In this document: one piece after another, positions 62,113-64,000 of the stretch | Layout: every line of letters begins with the position of its first letter | How positions within the stretch are numbered: the stretch's first letter is position 1 | From: Candidatus Latescibacterota bacterium | GTDB taxonomy: Bacteria > Latescibacterota > UBA2968 > UBA8231 | Assembly (NCBI GenBank): GCA_965204725.1 | Contig: OZ242005.1 | Location: 3,744,001-3,808,000 of the forward strand | DNA length: 64,000 bases | Direction: 5' to 3' | The notes under the pieces: generated by a model | What the model saw: only the letters and a program-made list of their open reading frames with translations | Told to the model about the DNA's origin: nothing | Database searches by the model: none | Position numbers and translations under genes: made by a program

Positions 62113-62961
62113 CTAGGCGGGAGCGTTGGAAAGCTCGAGTAGTAGATCGCCGGCGTGGAGTCGCATTTTGTCGAGGGCTTCGTCTCTGAGTTGGCGCACT
62201 CGCTCGCGCGTGAGGCCCAATTGGACGCCAATTTGTTCCAGCGTCTGTGGCTTTTGGTCGTCGAGGCCGAAGTACGCACGGATGACTCGGCGCTCGCGCC
62301 GATCGAGCAAGTCGAGACACGCATGCAAGGTGTGAGCAAGCGCGGCGCGCTCGTAGCAATCGGCCGGATCGGGAGTGCGAGCCGCAAAAGTAGCCATTAG
62401 CGGCTCCCGTTCATCGGGCATGGTCGGCATGTCCATAGAGACATCGGGTTGGGCCATATACAGGGCATTGTGCGTCCGCTCCAGCGATAATCCGGTGCTG
62501 TTGGCGATTTCCTCTGGAGTGGGATCGCGCCCTAGTTTTTGGGCGAGGATGCCCCTCCAGCGCTCGACCTTTTGCAGGTCGTTGACCCGGCTCAGCGGGG
62601 GGCGGGCAATTTTGCCGTGTTCGGCCAAGGCCCGGAGGATGGCTTGGCGAATCCACCACACCGCATAGGTGATGAACTTAAAGCCGCGGGTCTCGTCGAA
62701 GCGCTGGACGGCTTCGAGCAGCCCGAGGTTGCCCTCCGAAATCAGTTCCATAAAGGAAAGCCCGCGCCCGTGGTATCCCCGCGCGATGCGGACGACAAAA
62801 CGCAAATTGGCCTCGACAATCTGGTGCATGGCGCGCTCGTCGCCCGTGTGCGCTCTGTGGACCAGCTCGATCTCTCGTTGGCGGCTCAGCGGCTGAAAGT
62901 GCTGAATGTCGCGCCAGTAGGACTCGGTCAGGCCCAGCGAATCGAGGCTGCCTTTTCCCAT
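62113..62961 (-). CDS. RNA polymerase sigma-70 factor (short RpoD/SigA-like)
   Basis: ANLRFVV, EGNLGL, GFKFITYAVWWIRQ, LTRERVRQ. Confidence 0.92.
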   Translation of the reverse strand: MGKGSLDSLGLTESYWRDIQHFQPLSRQREIELVHRAHTGDERAMHQIVEANLRFVVRIARGYHGRGLSFMELISEGNLGLLEAVQRFDETRGFKFITYAVWWIRQAILRALAEHGKIARPPLSRVNDLQKVERWRGILAQKLGRDPTPEEIANSTGLSLERTHNALYMAQPDVSMDMPTMPDEREPLMATFAARTPDPADCYERAALAHTLHACLDLLDRRERRVIRAYFGLDDQKPQTLEQIGVQLGLTRERVRQLRDEALDKMRLHAGDLLLELSNAPA

Positions 62962-63086
62962 AGTAGCCCAACAATCGAAAGGTGAGAAATAGCCAGTGCG
63001 CTAGCCTTGGGGAGCCGGTAGCGCACTGGTAGCGTACCATACAGTAAGTAAGACGACGGAGGAAGAGGCGCGGTTCCAGCCCGGAA

Positions 63087-64000
63087 TCAGGCCGGGGGGA
63101 GCAGCGAGCGGAAGCGGTCGTAGGCCGCGTCCCAAGCGGCGGCTCGTTCCGGCTCGTACCCAACGGGCGCGAAGGAGTGCCGCACAACTTGGCGGATTTC
63201 GGCCAGCGAGGACATCTGGCCTAGGCCCATGAGCTGGAGCATTAGATTGCCGATGGCCGTCGCTTCGAGCGGCCCAGCGACGACCGGACGCCCGGTAGCC
63301 GAGGCGGTAAATTGGCAGAGCAGGCGGTTTTGGATCCCGCCGCCGACTATGTGGATGCATTCGAGGCGGCGGCCTAGAATGGCCTCTAGCGCGTCGAGGA
63401 CGTAGCGGTACTTAAACGCTAGGCTTTCGAGAGCCACGCGCACGACCTGCCCTGCATCGGCGGGAATGGCTTGGCCCGTCTCTTGACAATAGGCGCGGAT
63501 TCTGGCGGGCATATCGCCCGGCGCGAGAAAGCATTCGGCGTCTGGATCGACGAAAGCGGTAAAGGGGGCCGTGCTTTGGGCCATGGCCGCCAGCTCGTCG
63601 TAGGAAAAGGGGTGTCCCTCGCGTTGCCACGTGCGCCGGCACTCCTGTATCAGCCACAGGCCCATGATGTTTTTGAGGAAGCGATAGGTCGGCCCGACGC
63701 CCCCTTCGTTGGTGAAATTGTACTGGAATGCCTGCTCGCTGATGAGCGGTTGGTCGAGCTCGACGCCCATCAGCGACCAAGTGCCCGAGCTGATATAGGC
63801 GTAGTCGCGGACTTCGGCGGGCACGGCCGCCACGGCCGCGCCGGTATCGTGGGTCGCTGGAGCGATGACCGGGACCGAGTGGAGCCCTGTTTCAGCAGCA
63901 ATGGAAGGCAGGAGCGAGCCTATGCGGGTTCCCGGTTGGACGATCGGGGGAAGAAAATGGGTCGGCAGCCCCAGCCTTTCCATGAGCTCGACCGACCAAG
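63087..64000 (-). CDS. rhaB: Rhamnulokinase (FGGY family), 5'-truncated by the window edge
   Basis: HDT, ISSGTWSLMG, FTNEGG, LKNIMGLW, EATAIGN. Confidence 0.85.
   Translation of the reverse strand, partial: WSVELMERLGLPTHFLPPIVQPGTRIGSLLPSIAAETGLHSVPVIAPATHDTGAAVAAVPAEVRDYAYISSGTWSLMGVELDQPLISEQAFQYNFTNEGGVGPTYRFLKNIMGLWLIQECRRTWQREGHPFSYDELAAMAQSTAPFTAFVDPDAECFLAPGDMPARIRAYCQETGQAIPADAGQVVRVALESLAFKYRYVLDALEAILGRRLECIHIVGGGIQNRLLCQFTASATGRPVVAGPLEATAIGNLMLQLMGLGQMSSLAEIRQVVRHSFAPVGYEPERAAAWDAAYDRFRSLLPPA

Overview
GC-rich bacterial chromosome segment. Repeated PhyH dioxygenases, FlgD-capped secreted proteins, PorV-like genes and a YWTD/LDL-receptor-repeat protein suggest an FCB-group organism such as Latescibacterota, possibly a sponge symbiont (inference only). 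The right part (~31.8-64 kb) is mostly housekeeping: groL with a CIRCE, lipB, icd, moaC, argF, PPIases, mfd, tRNA-Ala(GGC), fmt, yajC, tgt, a sigma-70 factor and rhaB. The left part holds a CdaA-YbbR fusion, a probable rpoZ, a sugar-catabolism operon ending in a MetE-II-like gene, an IS5-family element cutting off a DUF1611/ACP/BtrH-like biosynthetic remnant, and dgcN-dgcA. An accessory block at ~18.2-29.3 kb follows. Its best candidate for an undescribed system is a coupled gene pair: a 1164-aa degenerate-SIR2/STAND-NTPase/helical-repeat/OB-fold protein and a 299-aa protein with a HEPN-like RxxxxH motif. The block also has an intact and a decayed toxin-antitoxin module and three domain-shuffled membrane/secreted paralogues. 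Two unrelated MITE types share one dRS3-like palindrome. All product calls come from reading motifs by eye; no database search was run.
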